A DNA stretch of 64,000 bases from NCBI GenBank assembly GCA_011772495.1, contig WVZL01000032.1:13893-77892 (forward strand), read 5' to 3'. Positions within the stretch are counted from its first letter, which is position 1, and each line of letters opens with the position of its first letter. Source of the stretch: Candidatus Aminicenantes bacterium (GTDB lineage Bacteria > Acidobacteriota > Aminicenantia > Aminicenantales > Aminicenantaceae). The notes beneath the pieces were generated by a model. It was not told where the DNA came from, made no database searches, and saw only the letters and a list, made by a program, of their open reading frames with translations. A program made the position numbers and the translations under genes. Positions 38,614 to 49,105 of the stretch are shown in pieces.

Positions 38614-38763
38614 TCACTCTTCTAGCTGTTTTTTCCAGGCTTTGTCTTTCCTGTCGTATCCCTTTTTTCCCTTTTTAGTCGAATGAGGCTTGGAGGGAGG
38701 AGGCATGGGTTTTCGCAGTTTCTGCCAGGCAGGTTTTTGGCGTCTATCTATGCTTCTGGGCAT
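38614..38763 (-). CDS. Small basic protein (49 aa), ArfA-like motif
   Basis: Manual translation MPRSIDRRQKPAWQKLRKPMPPPSKPHSTKKGKKGYDRKDKAWKKQLEE with AGGA upstream; shorter than any ORF in the track. Confidence 0.6.
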   Translation of the reverse strand: MPRSIDRRQKPAWQKLRKPMPPPSKPHSTKKGKKGYDRKDKAWKKQLEE

Positions 38764-38815
38764 TCTTCCTGCCTTTCTCGTTTATTTGATCGGCTCACCA
38801 GGTGGACCTCAGCAC

Positions 38816-39298
38816 TTACAAGGTTTTGATTTGGGCAGACAAAGACTCGGGATCCAGCAGGGCGACGGTGCTTTTCCCCGAAAGCCATCCTCCTGTTTCT
38901 CCAGGGTTGATGAGAAGAGTCGCCTCTTCTTTCCTTATCTCCGACTTGTGGGTGTGGGCAAAGATAAGAACATCATATTCGCCCCGAGACAGGTAGGGCT
39001 TAAGGGGAAAATTAAAATGCACAACCAGGAAGGTCAAATCGTTTTCCTTAAATGAAAAAGGAGCTTCTCTTATTTCCCCCAGAGATTGGAAAGCTTTCTC
39101 CAGACCTTGTTTTTCCCCGTCGCAGTTCCCGAAAACTGCCTTTACGGGACATTTCAAGCTTTGCATTTCCTTAGCTGCAAAGGGGGCGACGAAGTCTCCA
39201 GCATGAACAACCAAACTGCATCTCTCCTCATTGAATAATCGGACCGCCTTTTTGACTGCCCGCAGGTTGTCATGGGAATCGGCCATTATGCCAATCAT
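38816..39298 (-). CDS. YfcE/MJ0936-family metallophosphoesterase
   Basis: ADSHDN, HAGD, GNCD, HTH, INPGE. Confidence 0.92.
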   Translation of the reverse strand: MIGIMADSHDNLRAVKKAVRLFNEERCSLVVHAGDFVAPFAAKEMQSLKCPVKAVFGNCDGEKQGLEKAFQSLGEIREAPFSFKENDLTFLVVHFNFPLKPYLSRGEYDVLIFAHTHKSEIRKEEATLLINPGETGGWLSGKSTVALLDPESLSAQIKTL

Positions 39299-39370
39299 TT
39301 TTCTTCTCTTATTCTAAGAAAATCAGACCTGATTGTCTAATTATATGGACTCAGGTCCTATCAAATATCT

Positions 39371-39451
39371 GAGGTCAAGTCATGACTTTCAACGTTTTGC
39401 TGTCAAGATTATATGTTTTCTTGTAAATATTGAAAGTTAGGACCTGACCCC
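39371..39451. repeat. Second 81-bp element of the GGGGTCAGGTCTTGAC family (degenerate)
   Basis: GAGGTCAAGTCATGACTTTCAACGTTT ... AAATATTGAAAGTTAGGACCTGACCCC; same length as 24962-25042. Confidence 0.75.
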
Positions 39452-39462
39452 GACCGCTGGTA

Positions 39463-39492
39463 TTGACAGTAACCTCGTAAATTATTTATTAT
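39463..39492 (+). promoter_or_regulatory. Putative promoter of tRNA-Val/thrS
   Basis: TTGACA (39463-39468), 18-bp spacer, TATTAT (39487-39492). Confidence 0.55.
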
Positions 39493-39510
39493 ATAGAAGC
39501 TTTAAAGGAT

Positions 39511-39585
39511 AGGCGCGTAGCTCAGTGGGAGAGTGCTTCCTTGACGCGGAAGAGGTCGAGGGTTCGATACCCTCCGCGCCTACCA
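39511..39585 (+). tRNA. tRNA-Val(GAC)
   Basis: Acceptor AGGCGCG/CGCGCCT plus ACCA, D-arm TAGCTCAGTGGGAGAG, anticodon arm CTTCC-TTGACGC-GGAAG, T-arm GAGGG-TTCGATA-CCCTC. Confidence 0.97.
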
Positions 39586-39667
39586 GTTTTTAAGGAGTGA
39601 GTATTCGAAAGGAAGCATACAATAAAGAGACTGTTTTGCCTGCCCTGCTGAATACACATAGATCTTA

Positions 39668-41590
39668 ATGGCAGAATTAGTAAAAGTTACGGTTGAGGAC
39701 TCTACTTTTTCAATTGAAAGGGGGACTCTGCTTTCTGAGCTTATTCCTCGGCTCAAACTATCCCAGAAACCTGTCTTGGCCAAGATGAATGGAGAGATAG
39801 TGGGCTTAGGGCGCCCTCTGGAAGAAGCTATGAAAGTGGAGCTGATTTACCCAGACTCTGAGGAGGGGCTTGATATCTTGAGGCACAGCGCTTCGCATCT
39901 CTTGGCTCACGCTGTCCTCGAGCTTTTTCCAGGGACAAAGACCGGCATCGGACCTCCTATAGAGAATGGATTTTATTACGATTTTTTAAGGGACAAGCCT
40001 TTTACTCCCGAGGACCTGTCAACCATAGAAAAGAAAATGAGAGAGCTGGCCCGCAAAGACATTCCCATAAAAAAAGTTATTTTTTCCAAGAAGGAGGCTC
40101 TTCATCTGTTTAAAGACCTGGGGCAAGAATTAAAGGTGGAGCTTATAGAAGAAAAGGGAGAGAAGGAGGTCACTTGTTTTCAGCAGGGAGATTTTGTTGA
40201 TTTTTGTCTCGGTCCTCATCTCCCCTCGACTGGTGGGATCAAGCATTTTAAAATTCTTTCCGCTTCCGGAGCGTATTGGCGCGGAGACGAGAAGGGAAAA
40301 CAACTGCAGAGAATTTATGGAACTGCTTTTTTCCTAAAGCAGCAATTGGTAGACTATCTGACGCTTTTAGAAGAGGCAAAGAAGAGAGACCACAGGAGGC
40401 TGGGCCCAGAGCTCGACCTGTTTAGCTTCAACGAAGACTTGGGAGGGGGGTTGGTTCTCTGGCATCCCAAGGGAGCTACAATCAGGCAGGTTATCGAGGA
40501 TTACTGGCGTGAAGAACACATAAAAGATGACTATGAATTCGTGTTCGCTCCCCATATTGCGAAGCTGGATGTCTGGAGGCGTAGCGGACATACGGAGTTC
40601 TATGAAGCCATGTATCCTCCTATCCAAAGTGAAGGCCTAGAATATGAGCTAAAGCCTATGAACTGTCCCTTTCATATCATGGTCTACAATTCACGACAGC
40701 GAAGCTATCGAGACCTTCCGCTACGCTGGGGGGAGCTTGGAACAGTCTATCGTTTTGAAAGAAGCGGCGTTCTCCACGGATTATTGAGAGTGAGAGGTTT
40801 TACGGTGGATGATGCTCATATCTTCTGCCGAGCCGACCAGCTGGAAAGTGAAACCATAGGAGTGATTCGTCTGGCCATGAGGCTTTTAGCTGCCTTCGGA
40901 TTCAAGGACTATGATATTTTTCTCTCCACTCGACCTGAAAAATACGTAGGCAAGGTCGAAGATTGGGATAAAGCCACCCAGGCTCTGAAGCACGCCTTGG
41001 AAGCTTCAAGATTGGATTATCAGATTGATGAAGGTGAAGGAGTTTTCTATGGACCCAAGATTGATATCAAAGTCAAGGATGTTTTGAGGAGATCCTGGCA
41101 GTGTACCACAATCCAGCTAGACTTTAACCTGGCTGAGAGGTTTGATCTGAACTATGTTGGGGAAGACGGAAAACTCCACCGTCCCTTTTTGATTCATAGA
41201 GCCTTATTGGGATCTTTAGAAAGGTTTTTCGGGATTCTGATCGAGCATTTTAACGGGAATTTCCCTGTTTGGCTGGCTCCGATTCAGGTCATTATCTTGC
41301 CCATTAGTGAACGGCACGATGATTATGCCAGGGCTTTGGATAAAAAGTTTAAAGAGGAAGGGCTGAGATCTCGAGCTGACCTCCGACGGGAAAAGATCGG
41401 GTATAAAATTAGAGACGCCGAAACCCATAAGATTCCCTTGATTCTGATCGTGGGAGATAAGGAAGTCGATCAAGGCACTGCTTCCTTGAGAATTCATGGC
41501 CTCGGTGATAAAGGAGAAATTAAGGTCAATGAATTCCTTGAAAAAGTAAGGGAATTGGATAAAAATAAGTCATTGGATGTGAACATCTAA
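39668..41590 (+). CDS. thrS: Threonine--tRNA ligase
   Basis: RHSASH, KRDHRRLG, KPMNCPFH, GLLRVRGF, FYGPKID, IHRALLGSLERF. Confidence 0.99.
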   Translation: MAELVKVTVEDSTFSIERGTLLSELIPRLKLSQKPVLAKMNGEIVGLGRPLEEAMKVELIYPDSEEGLDILRHSASHLLAHAVLELFPGTKTGIGPPIENGFYYDFLRDKPFTPEDLSTIEKKMRELARKDIPIKKVIFSKKEALHLFKDLGQELKVELIEEKGEKEVTCFQQGDFVDFCLGPHLPSTGGIKHFKILSASGAYWRGDEKGKQLQRIYGTAFFLKQQLVDYLTLLEEAKKRDHRRLGPELDLFSFNEDLGGGLVLWHPKGATIRQVIEDYWREEHIKDDYEFVFAPHIAKLDVWRRSGHTEFYEAMYPPIQSEGLEYELKPMNCPFHIMVYNSRQRSYRDLPLRWGELGTVYRFERSGVLHGLLRVRGFTVDDAHIFCRADQLESETIGVIRLAMRLLAAFGFKDYDIFLSTRPEKYVGKVEDWDKATQALKHALEASRLDYQIDEGEGVFYGPKIDIKVKDVLRRSWQCTTIQLDFNLAERFDLNYVGEDGKLHRPFLIHRALLGSLERFFGILIEHFNGNFPVWLAPIQVIILPISERHDDYARALDKKFKEEGLRSRADLRREKIGYKIRDAETHKIPLILIVGDKEVDQGTASLRIHGLGDKGEIKVNEFLEKVRELDKNKSLDVNI

Positions 41591-41602
41591 AGGAGGTAAA
41601 TC

Positions 41603-42232
41603 ATTCGAAGAAGAATGTATAAACCTAGGCCAAGAAGAACAAAACCGCACAGGGTCAATGAAATGATACGCTTAAAAGAAGTCAGGGTCATCGATGAGGA
41701 CAAGAATCAAGTAGGAATCCTTCCTTTAGCTGAAGCCTTATCCTTGGCCAAAGATAGAGGTCTGGATCTCGTGGAGATTGCTCCTCAAGCGGCTCCGCCA
41801 GTCTGTCGAATAATGGATTATGGCAAGTTCCTTTATGAATTGCATAAGAAAGCTCAGGAAGCCAAAAAACATCAAAAGCAGATTCATGTAAAAGAGATCA
41901 AATTCAGACCAAAAATCAGTATTCATGATTACACTTTTAAAGTGCGCCATGTTCAGAAGTTTCTCGAAGAAGGCAACAAGGTGAAGATCACGGTTATGCT
42001 CAGAGGCAGAGAAAAGTCAAGACCAGAATTGGCTGATCAGATCTTGAACCGAGTCCTGACAGATGTTAAGGATTTAGGCCAGCAAGATGGGAGTGTCCGT
42101 GTCCAGCCCTGGGCTGTTTCGACCTATTTGAGTGCCCTTAAGACAGGAGGAAAAGATGCCAAAGCTAAAAACCCACCAGGGAGCCAAAAAGAGGTTCAAA
42201 GTAACAAAAAAGAAGAAAATCCTCCACAATAA
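41603..42232 (+). CDS. infC: Translation initiation factor IF-3 (probable AUU start)
   Basis: [40 protein letters not shown] is spaced to an ATT at 41603, in frame with ATG 41615. Confidence 0.95.
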   Translation: MRRRMYKPRPRRTKPHRVNEMIRLKEVRVIDEDKNQVGILPLAEALSLAKDRGLDLVEIAPQAAPPVCRIMDYGKFLYELHKKAQEAKKHQKQIHVKEIKFRPKISIHDYTFKVRHVQKFLEEGNKVKITVMLRGREKSRPELADQILNRVLTDVKDLGQQDGSVRVQPWAVSTYLSALKTGGKDAKAKNPPGSQKEVQSNKKEENPPQ

Positions 42233-42356
42233 AGCTTATAAAAGTCATATCTTAACGAAGAAGTCAGCCAAGAGGAAAAGGAAGCTTAGAACACAGAAAG
42301 CTGTGAGCCAGACTGACAGGAAGACAATAAAGAAGATGCTTCCTTATGAATTTTAG
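42156..42356 (+). CDS. rpmI: 50S ribosomal protein L35
   Basis: [28 protein letters not shown] before ATG 42156. Confidence 0.97.
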   Translation: MPKLKTHQGAKKRFKVTKKKKILHNKAYKSHILTKKSAKRKRKLRTQKAVSQTDRKTIKKMLPYEF

Positions 42357-42485
42357 TTTCTATCCTTTTTATTCCCTGGCTTGAGTTTAAAATGTACGTC
42401 AGCCACAGAGAAGGCAGAGAAAATCAATTGTGGCAGCCTTCATGGTTAGATGAGACGGTACTGATAAAGACACAAGGAGACGAAA

Positions 42486-42842
42486 ATGCCTAGAGTAAAA
42501 AGAGGACCGAGGAAAAAAGTAAGAAGGACAAAAATCTTAAAGCTGGCCAAAGGTTACTGGGGCGCGAGAAGCCATAACTATCGGACGGCCAAAGAAGCTG
42601 TGGAAAAAGCATTCCTTTATGCCTATCGAGATAGACGGAATCGGAAGCGTGATTTCCGAAGGCTGTGGATCATCAGGATTAAAGCGGCAGCTGAAGACAG
42701 CGGCCTTTCCTACAATCGTTTTATCCATGGTCTTCGCCGACTCAATGTTGACCTTGACCGGAAGATTTTGGCTGATTTGGCAGTAAACTCACCCCAAACT
42801 TTTTCGCGGCTAACTCAGAAAGTCAAAGACCTGAATGCTTGA
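42486..42842 (+). CDS. rplT: 50S ribosomal protein L20
   Basis: [31 protein letters not shown]. Confidence 0.99.
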   Translation: MPRVKRGPRKKVRRTKILKLAKGYWGARSHNYRTAKEAVEKAFLYAYRDRRNRKRDFRRLWIIRIKAAAEDSGLSYNRFIHGLRRLNVDLDRKILADLAVNSPQTFSRLTQKVKDLNA

Positions 42843-43878
42843 CATGAAAGCCTTCAAGAATAATGTCACCAAGTGCAGGAGAGAATTTGACAAGTCTGTT
42901 CTTCAAATAAAGAGCGAAAAATCTCTTCAAGAATTGCGGAATCACTACCTGAGTAGGAAAAGAGGCCAGCTGACTCTTCTTTTTGAGGATCTGATGGCTT
43001 TAAAGCCAGAGCAAAGGCCGATAGCTGGCCAGATGGTCAATGAGCTTAAAAAGGACATCCAGGAGAAGCTTCAAAGCCTCAAAAAAACGTTCAAGACCGA
43101 GGAGGAAGTCGTAGAGAGGACGGACTTTACTCTTCCCGGGAAGGTGAGATATTGGGGCGCTGCCCATCCTGTTCACCTTTTTCAGGCTGAAATCGAAAAC
43201 ATTTTTATTTCCATGGGCTACTCGATCGAAGAGGGTCCGGAGATAGAGACAGATTATTATAATTTTGGAGCTCTGAACTTTCCTCCACATCATCCGGCTC
43301 GAGATGACTGGGATACACTCTATCTTAAGGACGAACTTCTCCTTCGTACGCATACCTCCCCAGTCCAGATTCGGGTTATGGAAAAGCAAAAACCTCCGAT
43401 AAAAATCGTCATTCCTGGCAAGGTTTATCGGAAAGAAACGCCTGATCCAACGCATCTCCCCATGTTCTATCAGCTTGAAGGGCTGGTCGTGGACAAAGGC
43501 ATCACTTTTGCCCACTTGAAGGGGACCTTGGAGTATTTCCTCAAAACCTTATTCAGCGAAAAAATAAAGATGAGATTCCGGCCGGGCTTCTTTCCCTTCA
43601 CTGAGCCTTCAGCAGAGGTCGATATCGGATGTACTGTTTGTGAAGGCAAGGATGAAGAATGCCGTGTTTGCGGAGGGAGTGGCTGGATAGAGATCCTGGG
43701 ATCGGGCATGGTGGACCCTCAGGTATTCAAGAATGTCAATATCGACCCCGAGGAATATACTGGGTTTGCTTTTGGGCTGGGCATTGACCGGACAGCCATG
43801 TTTGCCTATCAGATTTCTGATATGAGATTTTTTTACGAGAACGATTTAAGATTCATAAGACAGTTTTTACTAAAATGA
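42835..43878 (+). CDS. pheS: Phenylalanine--tRNA ligase alpha subunit
   Basis: [31 protein letters not shown]. Confidence 0.98.
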   Translation: MLDMKAFKNNVTKCRREFDKSVLQIKSEKSLQELRNHYLSRKRGQLTLLFEDLMALKPEQRPIAGQMVNELKKDIQEKLQSLKKTFKTEEEVVERTDFTLPGKVRYWGAAHPVHLFQAEIENIFISMGYSIEEGPEIETDYYNFGALNFPPHHPARDDWDTLYLKDELLLRTHTSPVQIRVMEKQKPPIKIVIPGKVYRKETPDPTHLPMFYQLEGLVVDKGITFAHLKGTLEYFLKTLFSEKIKMRFRPGFFPFTEPSAEVDIGCTVCEGKDEECRVCGGSGWIEILGSGMVDPQVFKNVNIDPEEYTGFAFGLGIDRTAMFAYQISDMRFFYENDLRFIRQFLLK

Positions 43879-45950
43879 AAATCAGTTTGGAATGGATCAA
43901 GGAATACGTGGGAACCAGGCTTTCTCTTTCTTCCCTGATCGATAGGCTGGACATGATTGGATTGGTGGTCGATGACTGGCAGGAGAAGGATGGAGACATC
44001 ATTCTGGATATCGAGACTCATGCCAATCGTCCTGACACTTTGGGTCATTTGGGAGTGGCCAGAGAATTGGCTGCGGGCCTGGGACTTCCTCTTAAAGAGA
44101 AGGATTGGCCTTTGGTCGAGCTTGAACAGGAGACTTCTGATTTCATTGATATTCAGATCTTGGATCGCGATCTTTGTCATCGCTACAGCGGAATAGTCGT
44201 CAGGGACATCCAGGTCAAGACGTCTCCAGAGTGGCTGCGGAAGAAGATAGAGAGCATGGGCCTTAATCCCCTCAACAATGTTGTTGATGTGACCAATTAT
44301 GTTCTTTTTTCCACGGCTCATCCGATTCATGCTTTTGATTTAGCAAAAATTTCGGGTCAAAAGATCATCATCCGCAGGGCGCATAAGGATGAAATCTTTA
44401 AAACTCTAGAGGGGGAAACTATAGGTCTTTCTCCGGAGATGTTGGTTATTGCCGATGCCAAAAAGCCGGTGGCTTTGGCAGGGGTCATGGGTGGCTCAGA
44501 CACAGCTGTTTCTGAGACGACACGAGATGTATTCATAGAAAGTGCCTGGTTTGATCCGGTCTCTGTCCGAAAAACTAGCAAGGAAACAGGAATTCAAACC
44601 GATGCCTCGTACCGTTTCGAACGCGGAGCCGATCTTTCCATGTGTCCTCAGGCTGCTTTGATGGCGGCTTCTTTGCTTTCCCAGCTCGGTGGAAAATCAA
44701 CGAGGGAAGTTTACGATGTCTTTCCCAAACCTCCAAAGAACAAGACGATAATCCTCCGCCATAATCGAATTACTGAACTTCTCGGAATCGAGGTTGACCA
44801 AGAATTTGTCCAGGATACCCTACCGAAATTAGGTTTTCAGCTCGAACCGCGTCAGGAAGGAAGCTGGCAAGTCACCATTCCCTTTTTCAGGGTCGATATC
44901 GAAAGAGAGGCAGATCTCATCGAAGAAATTGCTCGATTTTACGGATACGACAAAATTCCATCTCATTTTCCTCCCCTGTGTGTTCCCGAACCTCCCCGGA
45001 AAGAGAAGAGGGAGAAGATTAATAAAATACGCCAGCTTCTGTTCCACCAGAGTTTTGACGAAGTCATCAATTTTAGTTTTGCTGATCCAGAAAAAGAAGC
45101 AGTATTCCTGAAGCAGCGTCCAGAAATTGCCATCAAGAATCCGATTTCTCAGAAAGCCTCCTACCTTCGAACCTCTCTTCTAGGGGGATTGCTGGAGAAC
45201 ATCGCTTGGAATAAGAATAGAGGTGCCGAGGGGCTCAATATCTTTGAGATAGGGAATATCTATTTCTGGGATGATTCCAAGGCTGTCGAGGAGCTTTTCA
45301 TCGGGATGGCGACCACTGGTTTTATTGGTCAAAGTTATTGGGAGGGGAAGGATGAAGAGGCTGGCTATTTCTGTCTGAAAGGCACCTGCGAATCTATAAT
45401 GGCTCATTTGAGATACGAACCTTTTTCATTCCAAGAAGCCAAGCACGATTATTTTGAAACAGGATTCTCACTGGCTCTTGTCTATAAAGGTGAGAAAGTC
45501 GGGATTTTAGGTTTGCTCAAATCCAGTCTTCTTGATTCTTTTTCGTTGAAAGATGCAGTTTGGGCAGCAGAACTCAACCTAGCGAGCCTGTTTAGCAAAC
45601 AATCCAAACCGTTCGAATACAAACCAGTGATCAAGTTCCCGTCCGTCAGTCGAGATGTTTCCTTCCTTGTTAAACGAAATGTTTCTTATCAGGATATTAA
45701 GGAAGCAGTGGAGAAGCTTTCTGTGGCTTACTTAGAAAGATTTGATCTCTATGACCGTTATTCAGGTCCTACCATCTCTGGGAATAAAGTCAGTTTATCT
45801 CTTCGGTTTATCTTCCGCCATCCAAAAAAGACATTGTTGGCGAAAGAGGTCGACAGCCTCCAGCAAAGAATCATTAAACATTTAAAATCGAGGTTTAACA
45901 TCCAGTTAAGAAAAGGAGGGCAAATTGACAAGCGAGTTAGAAAGAATTAA
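43875..45950 (+). CDS. pheT: Phenylalanine--tRNA ligase beta subunit (short form, no B2 OB domain)
   Basis: NRPD, NNVVDVTNYV, ASYRFERG, DLIEEIARFYGY, C-terminal FDX-ACB; 691 aa. Confidence 0.96.
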   Translation: MKISLEWIKEYVGTRLSLSSLIDRLDMIGLVVDDWQEKDGDIILDIETHANRPDTLGHLGVARELAAGLGLPLKEKDWPLVELEQETSDFIDIQILDRDLCHRYSGIVVRDIQVKTSPEWLRKKIESMGLNPLNNVVDVTNYVLFSTAHPIHAFDLAKISGQKIIIRRAHKDEIFKTLEGETIGLSPEMLVIADAKKPVALAGVMGGSDTAVSETTRDVFIESAWFDPVSVRKTSKETGIQTDASYRFERGADLSMCPQAALMAASLLSQLGGKSTREVYDVFPKPPKNKTIILRHNRITELLGIEVDQEFVQDTLPKLGFQLEPRQEGSWQVTIPFFRVDIEREADLIEEIARFYGYDKIPSHFPPLCVPEPPRKEKREKINKIRQLLFHQSFDEVINFSFADPEKEAVFLKQRPEIAIKNPISQKASYLRTSLLGGLLENIAWNKNRGAEGLNIFEIGNIYFWDDSKAVEELFIGMATTGFIGQSYWEGKDEEAGYFCLKGTCESIMAHLRYEPFSFQEAKHDYFETGFSLALVYKGEKVGILGLLKSSLLDSFSLKDAVWAAELNLASLFSKQSKPFEYKPVIKFPSVSRDVSFLVKRNVSYQDIKEAVEKLSVAYLERFDLYDRYSGPTISGNKVSLSLRFIFRHPKKTLLAKEVDSLQQRIIKHLKSRFNIQLRKGGQIDKRVRKN

Positions 45951-46185
45951 AATACTGGAAGGCAAAATCTCTCATGTCGTGGATTATGTAAATAAGCTGA
46001 CGGGTGAGAATGAAAAGCTGAAGCAGCAGATAAAGGAGCTGAGAGCCGAAAAGAGGAGCATAGAGGACCAGGTGAAGAAATCGGAGAAACTCGATCAAGA
46101 AATGAAAAAATACGAGAGTGAAAAGGAGATTTTGAAAGAAAAAATTGAAGGCATCATTAGTCAAATTGATAAGATTGGACTATGA
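45925..46185 (+). CDS. zapB: ZapB-like coiled-coil cell division protein
   Basis: 86-aa coiled coil between pheT and zapA; TTG start after AGGAGG. Confidence 0.7.
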   Translation: MTSELERIKILEGKISHVVDYVNKLTGENEKLKQQIKELRAEKRSIEDQVKKSEKLDQEMKKYESEKEILKEKIEGIISQIDKIGL

Positions 46186-46508
46186 GTGACAACATAATCG
46201 AAATCGAAATTTACGGACAGAGATATAAGATAAGAGTCAAAGGAGAAGAGGATGAAAAATATATAAGCCATCTGACTTCATATGTTGATCAGAAGATGCA
46301 TGAAGTGGCTGTGAAATCCAAATCAGCAGATGGACTAAAAATCGCCGTTCTGGCGGCTTTGAACATTGCCGATGATTTTTTTTCCATGCAGAAGAGGCTA
46401 GATCAACTTAATGAAGTCATTGGTCTTATGGAGAGTGAAATAGAAAGTTTGGAGGAACATTTATTTAAAAATGGACATACATTCAAAAAGGTGGAAGACG
46501 CTTATTAA
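46182..46508 (+). CDS. zapA: Cell division protein ZapA
   Basis: IEIYGQRY, YVDQKM, IAVLAALNIADD. Confidence 0.95.
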   Translation: MSDNIIEIEIYGQRYKIRVKGEEDEKYISHLTSYVDQKMHEVAVKSKSADGLKIAVLAALNIADDFFSMQKRLDQLNEVIGLMESEIESLEEHLFKNGHTFKKVEDAY

Positions 46509-46511
46509 AAA

Positions 46512-46680
46512 ATCGAGAATATGCGCAGACGTGTTCATAGATGAAACAAGAGGTAACCTCGAGCTGAAAAAAGGTCTCTTCCGTTCTGCTGTTTGGGCTG
46601 AGGTCTATCCTTGGGTTGCCAAGAACAGGGTCTATTCCAGGGCTTTTATGAAGTCAGCTTGCGGAAAGGTTTTCTCATCC
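46512..46680 (+). ncRNA. ssrS: 6S RNA (approximate ends)
   Basis: Canonical position downstream of zapA and before rny. Closing helix pairs GAGAA/TTCTC, CGCAG/TTGCG, TTCATA/TATGAA, flanking an A-rich bubble. Confidence 0.72.
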
Positions 46681-46746
46681 TTGAGTGAAAGTTTAAGCTC
46701 TTAAAACCCTCCTTACTTTCATCTCCTTTGATTCACCCATGAGGAG

Positions 46747-48318
46747 GTGATCAAACTGAATTTAGCTTTGTTAATCAGCCTAATCACTATATTTATTCTT
46801 GTTTCTTTTCTTGTTTTCATTCTGATCAAGAAAAAAAGCGCCGTCAGAGCAGTTCTTAAAGCCAGACAGGAGGCCAAGGAGATTCTGGATCAAGCCAACC
46901 AAGAAGCAGAGAAAATAAGAAGAGAAGCTTCCTTAGAGGCGAAGGAGAAATACCTGAACCTTAAGACCGACTTTGAGAGACAGACGCGCGATAGGCGCCG
47001 GAAGATTAACGAGATGGAAAGGAGACTCGTTCACAAAGAGGAGGGTTTGGAGCGGAGGTTTCAGACTCTGGAAAGAAAAGAAAGAGATTTTTCGAGCAAA
47101 GAACAGAATCTCTATCAAAAAGAAAAGGAGATAGAGGAAAGCAAGGAGAAGTACAACGAGCTAATCAGGAAAGAGACTGAAGAGCTGGAGCGCATCTCTG
47201 GCCTGACTAGAGAAGAAGCAAAAAACACGCTGGTCAAGAAAATGGAAGAGGAGGCCAAGATTGAAGCCGCTCAAGCCATACGAAAAATAGAAGAAGAAAC
47301 AAGAGAAAAGAGCTCAGGGGTTGCCCGGGAGATTATCAGCCAGGCCATTCAGCGCTCGGCGGCTGAACACGTGGTGGAGACGACCGTTTCAGTTGTTGAC
47401 CTTCCTTCTGATGACATGAAAGGCCGAATAATCGGTCGAGAGGGGAGAAACATTCGGGCCCTGGAACTGGCCACTGGAGTTGACATCATTGTTGACGACA
47501 CTCCTGAAGCTGTTATTCTCTCTAGCTTTGATCCTCTGCGGCGGGAAATGGCCCGCCTGGCTATTGAAAAGCTGGTCATTGATGGAAGAATACACCCGGC
47601 ACGCATAGAAGAAATCGTGGAGAAGGTCAAGGAGGAATTAGAGGAGAAAATCAAGCAGGAAGGAGAATCGATAATCTTAGAGCTGAGGCTCCAGGATATT
47701 CATCCTGAATTGGTTAAAATTTTGGGCAAACTCCATTTCCGAACAAGCTACGGGCAGAACGTGCTGCAACATTCAAAAGAAGTAGCCTATCTGGCGAGTT
47801 TGATGGCCAAGGAACTGGGAGTCGATTCTCAAGTTGCCCTGAGGGCAGGCCTCTTGCACGATATCGGTAAAGCCGTGGACAAAGAGGTTGAAGGAACTCA
47901 TACAGAATTGAGTGTTGAGCTGGCCAAGAAATATGGAGAATCAGAAGCTGTTATCAAAGCCATAGCTTCGCATCATCGCGATGTTGATTTTCCCTCTGTT
48001 GAGGCTGTCTTAGTTCAGGCAGCCGATACTCTTTCGGCGGCTCGGCCAGGAGCGCGGCGAGAACTCCTGGAGGCTTATATCAAACGGTTAGAAAAATTGG
48101 AAGAGATCGCCAATTCTTATGAGGGAGTATATAAGTCTTTTGCTCTTCAGGCTGGCAGAGAGATCAGGATCATTGTCGAAAGTCAAAAAATTTCTGATGA
48201 GGATGCCGCCCTGGCGGCCAAAGAAATAGCGGACAAGATAAAAGAGGAACTGAAGTATCCGGGGCAGATAAAGGTGACTGTCATTCGTGAAATGAGAGCT
48301 GTGGAGTATGCCCGATAA
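46747..48318 (+). CDS. rny: Ribonuclease Y
   Basis: N-terminal TM, coiled coil, KH ([13 protein letters not shown]), HD domain (LLHDIGK). Confidence 0.98.
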   Translation: MIKLNLALLISLITIFILVSFLVFILIKKKSAVRAVLKARQEAKEILDQANQEAEKIRREASLEAKEKYLNLKTDFERQTRDRRRKINEMERRLVHKEEGLERRFQTLERKERDFSSKEQNLYQKEKEIEESKEKYNELIRKETEELERISGLTREEAKNTLVKKMEEEAKIEAAQAIRKIEEETREKSSGVAREIISQAIQRSAAEHVVETTVSVVDLPSDDMKGRIIGREGRNIRALELATGVDIIVDDTPEAVILSSFDPLRREMARLAIEKLVIDGRIHPARIEEIVEKVKEELEEKIKQEGESIILELRLQDIHPELVKILGKLHFRTSYGQNVLQHSKEVAYLASLMAKELGVDSQVALRAGLLHDIGKAVDKEVEGTHTELSVELAKKYGESEAVIKAIASHHRDVDFPSVEAVLVQAADTLSAARPGARRELLEAYIKRLEKLEEIANSYEGVYKSFALQAGREIRIIVESQKISDEDAALAAKEIADKIKEELKYPGQIKVTVIREMRAVEYAR

Positions 48319-49105
48319 GATAAGAGTTCTTTTTTTGGGGGATATCATCGGCCGTCCTGGAAGGAAGGCTTTGAAAAGATACCTCCCTCCTTTGATCAAG
48401 AAGTATTCTCCAGCTCTACTGGTGGCCAATGCTGAGAATGCTGCCGGAGGCATAGGCATCACCGAAAAAGTCGGCCAAGAGCTCTTAAGCCAGGTGCATG
48501 TTCTGACCTCTGGCAATCATATCTGGGATAAGAGAGAAGGCCTCTCTTATGTAGAGAAAGAGGAACGGCTCCTTCGCCCTGCGAATTACCCTCCGAGAAA
48601 TCCCGGGAGGGGAACCTATCTCTTCGAGACAGATAGGGGAGCTAAAATAGGTATTCTTAATCTTCAAGGGAGAGTCTTCATGGAGCCTATTGACTGTCCC
48701 TTCAGGATTGCCGATGAAGAGCTCAAGAGACTTAATACCTCGACGATAGTTGTTGATTTCCATGCTGAAGCGACTTCTGAAAAACAAGCGCTGGGCTGGT
48801 ATCTGGACGGAAGAGCTTCGGCTGTGATCGGGACTCATACTCATGTTCCTACAGCTGATGATCGCATTCTGCCCCAAGGGACAGCCTATATTACTGATGT
48901 GGGCATGGTGGGCGGTTACAATTCCGTGATCGGTATCCGAAAGGATCAAGCCTTGAAAAGATTCTTGACTGCTCGCCCTCATCGTTTTGAGCCGGGCAAA
49001 GACGGCCTTGTCTTTTCAGCTGTCCTGGTGGAAATAGATAGTCAGACCGGAAAAGCCTTGAAGATTCAGAGAGAATTCTTTGCCGAGGAAAAAATTGAGG
49101 ATTGA
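48308..49105 (+). CDS. ymdB: YmdB/TIGR00282 metallophosphoesterase
   Basis: [39 protein letters not shown]. Confidence 0.95.
   Translation: MPDKIRVLFLGDIIGRPGRKALKRYLPPLIKKYSPALLVANAENAAGGIGITEKVGQELLSQVHVLTSGNHIWDKREGLSYVEKEERLLRPANYPPRNPGRGTYLFETDRGAKIGILNLQGRVFMEPIDCPFRIADEELKRLNTSTIVVDFHAEATSEKQALGWYLDGRASAVIGTHTHVPTADDRILPQGTAYITDVGMVGGYNSVIGIRKDQALKRFLTARPHRFEPGKDGLVFSAVLVEIDSQTGKALKIQREFFAEEKIED

Noticed and set aside
39511..39667. Integrative element at tRNA-Val; G at position 37
   Set aside because: No integrase or duplicated tRNA 3' end, and thrS follows directly. G37 is probably within normal variation.
43875..45950. pheT truncated or pseudogene
   Set aside because: The short PheT lacking the B2 OB domain is a known natural form and the other domains are intact.
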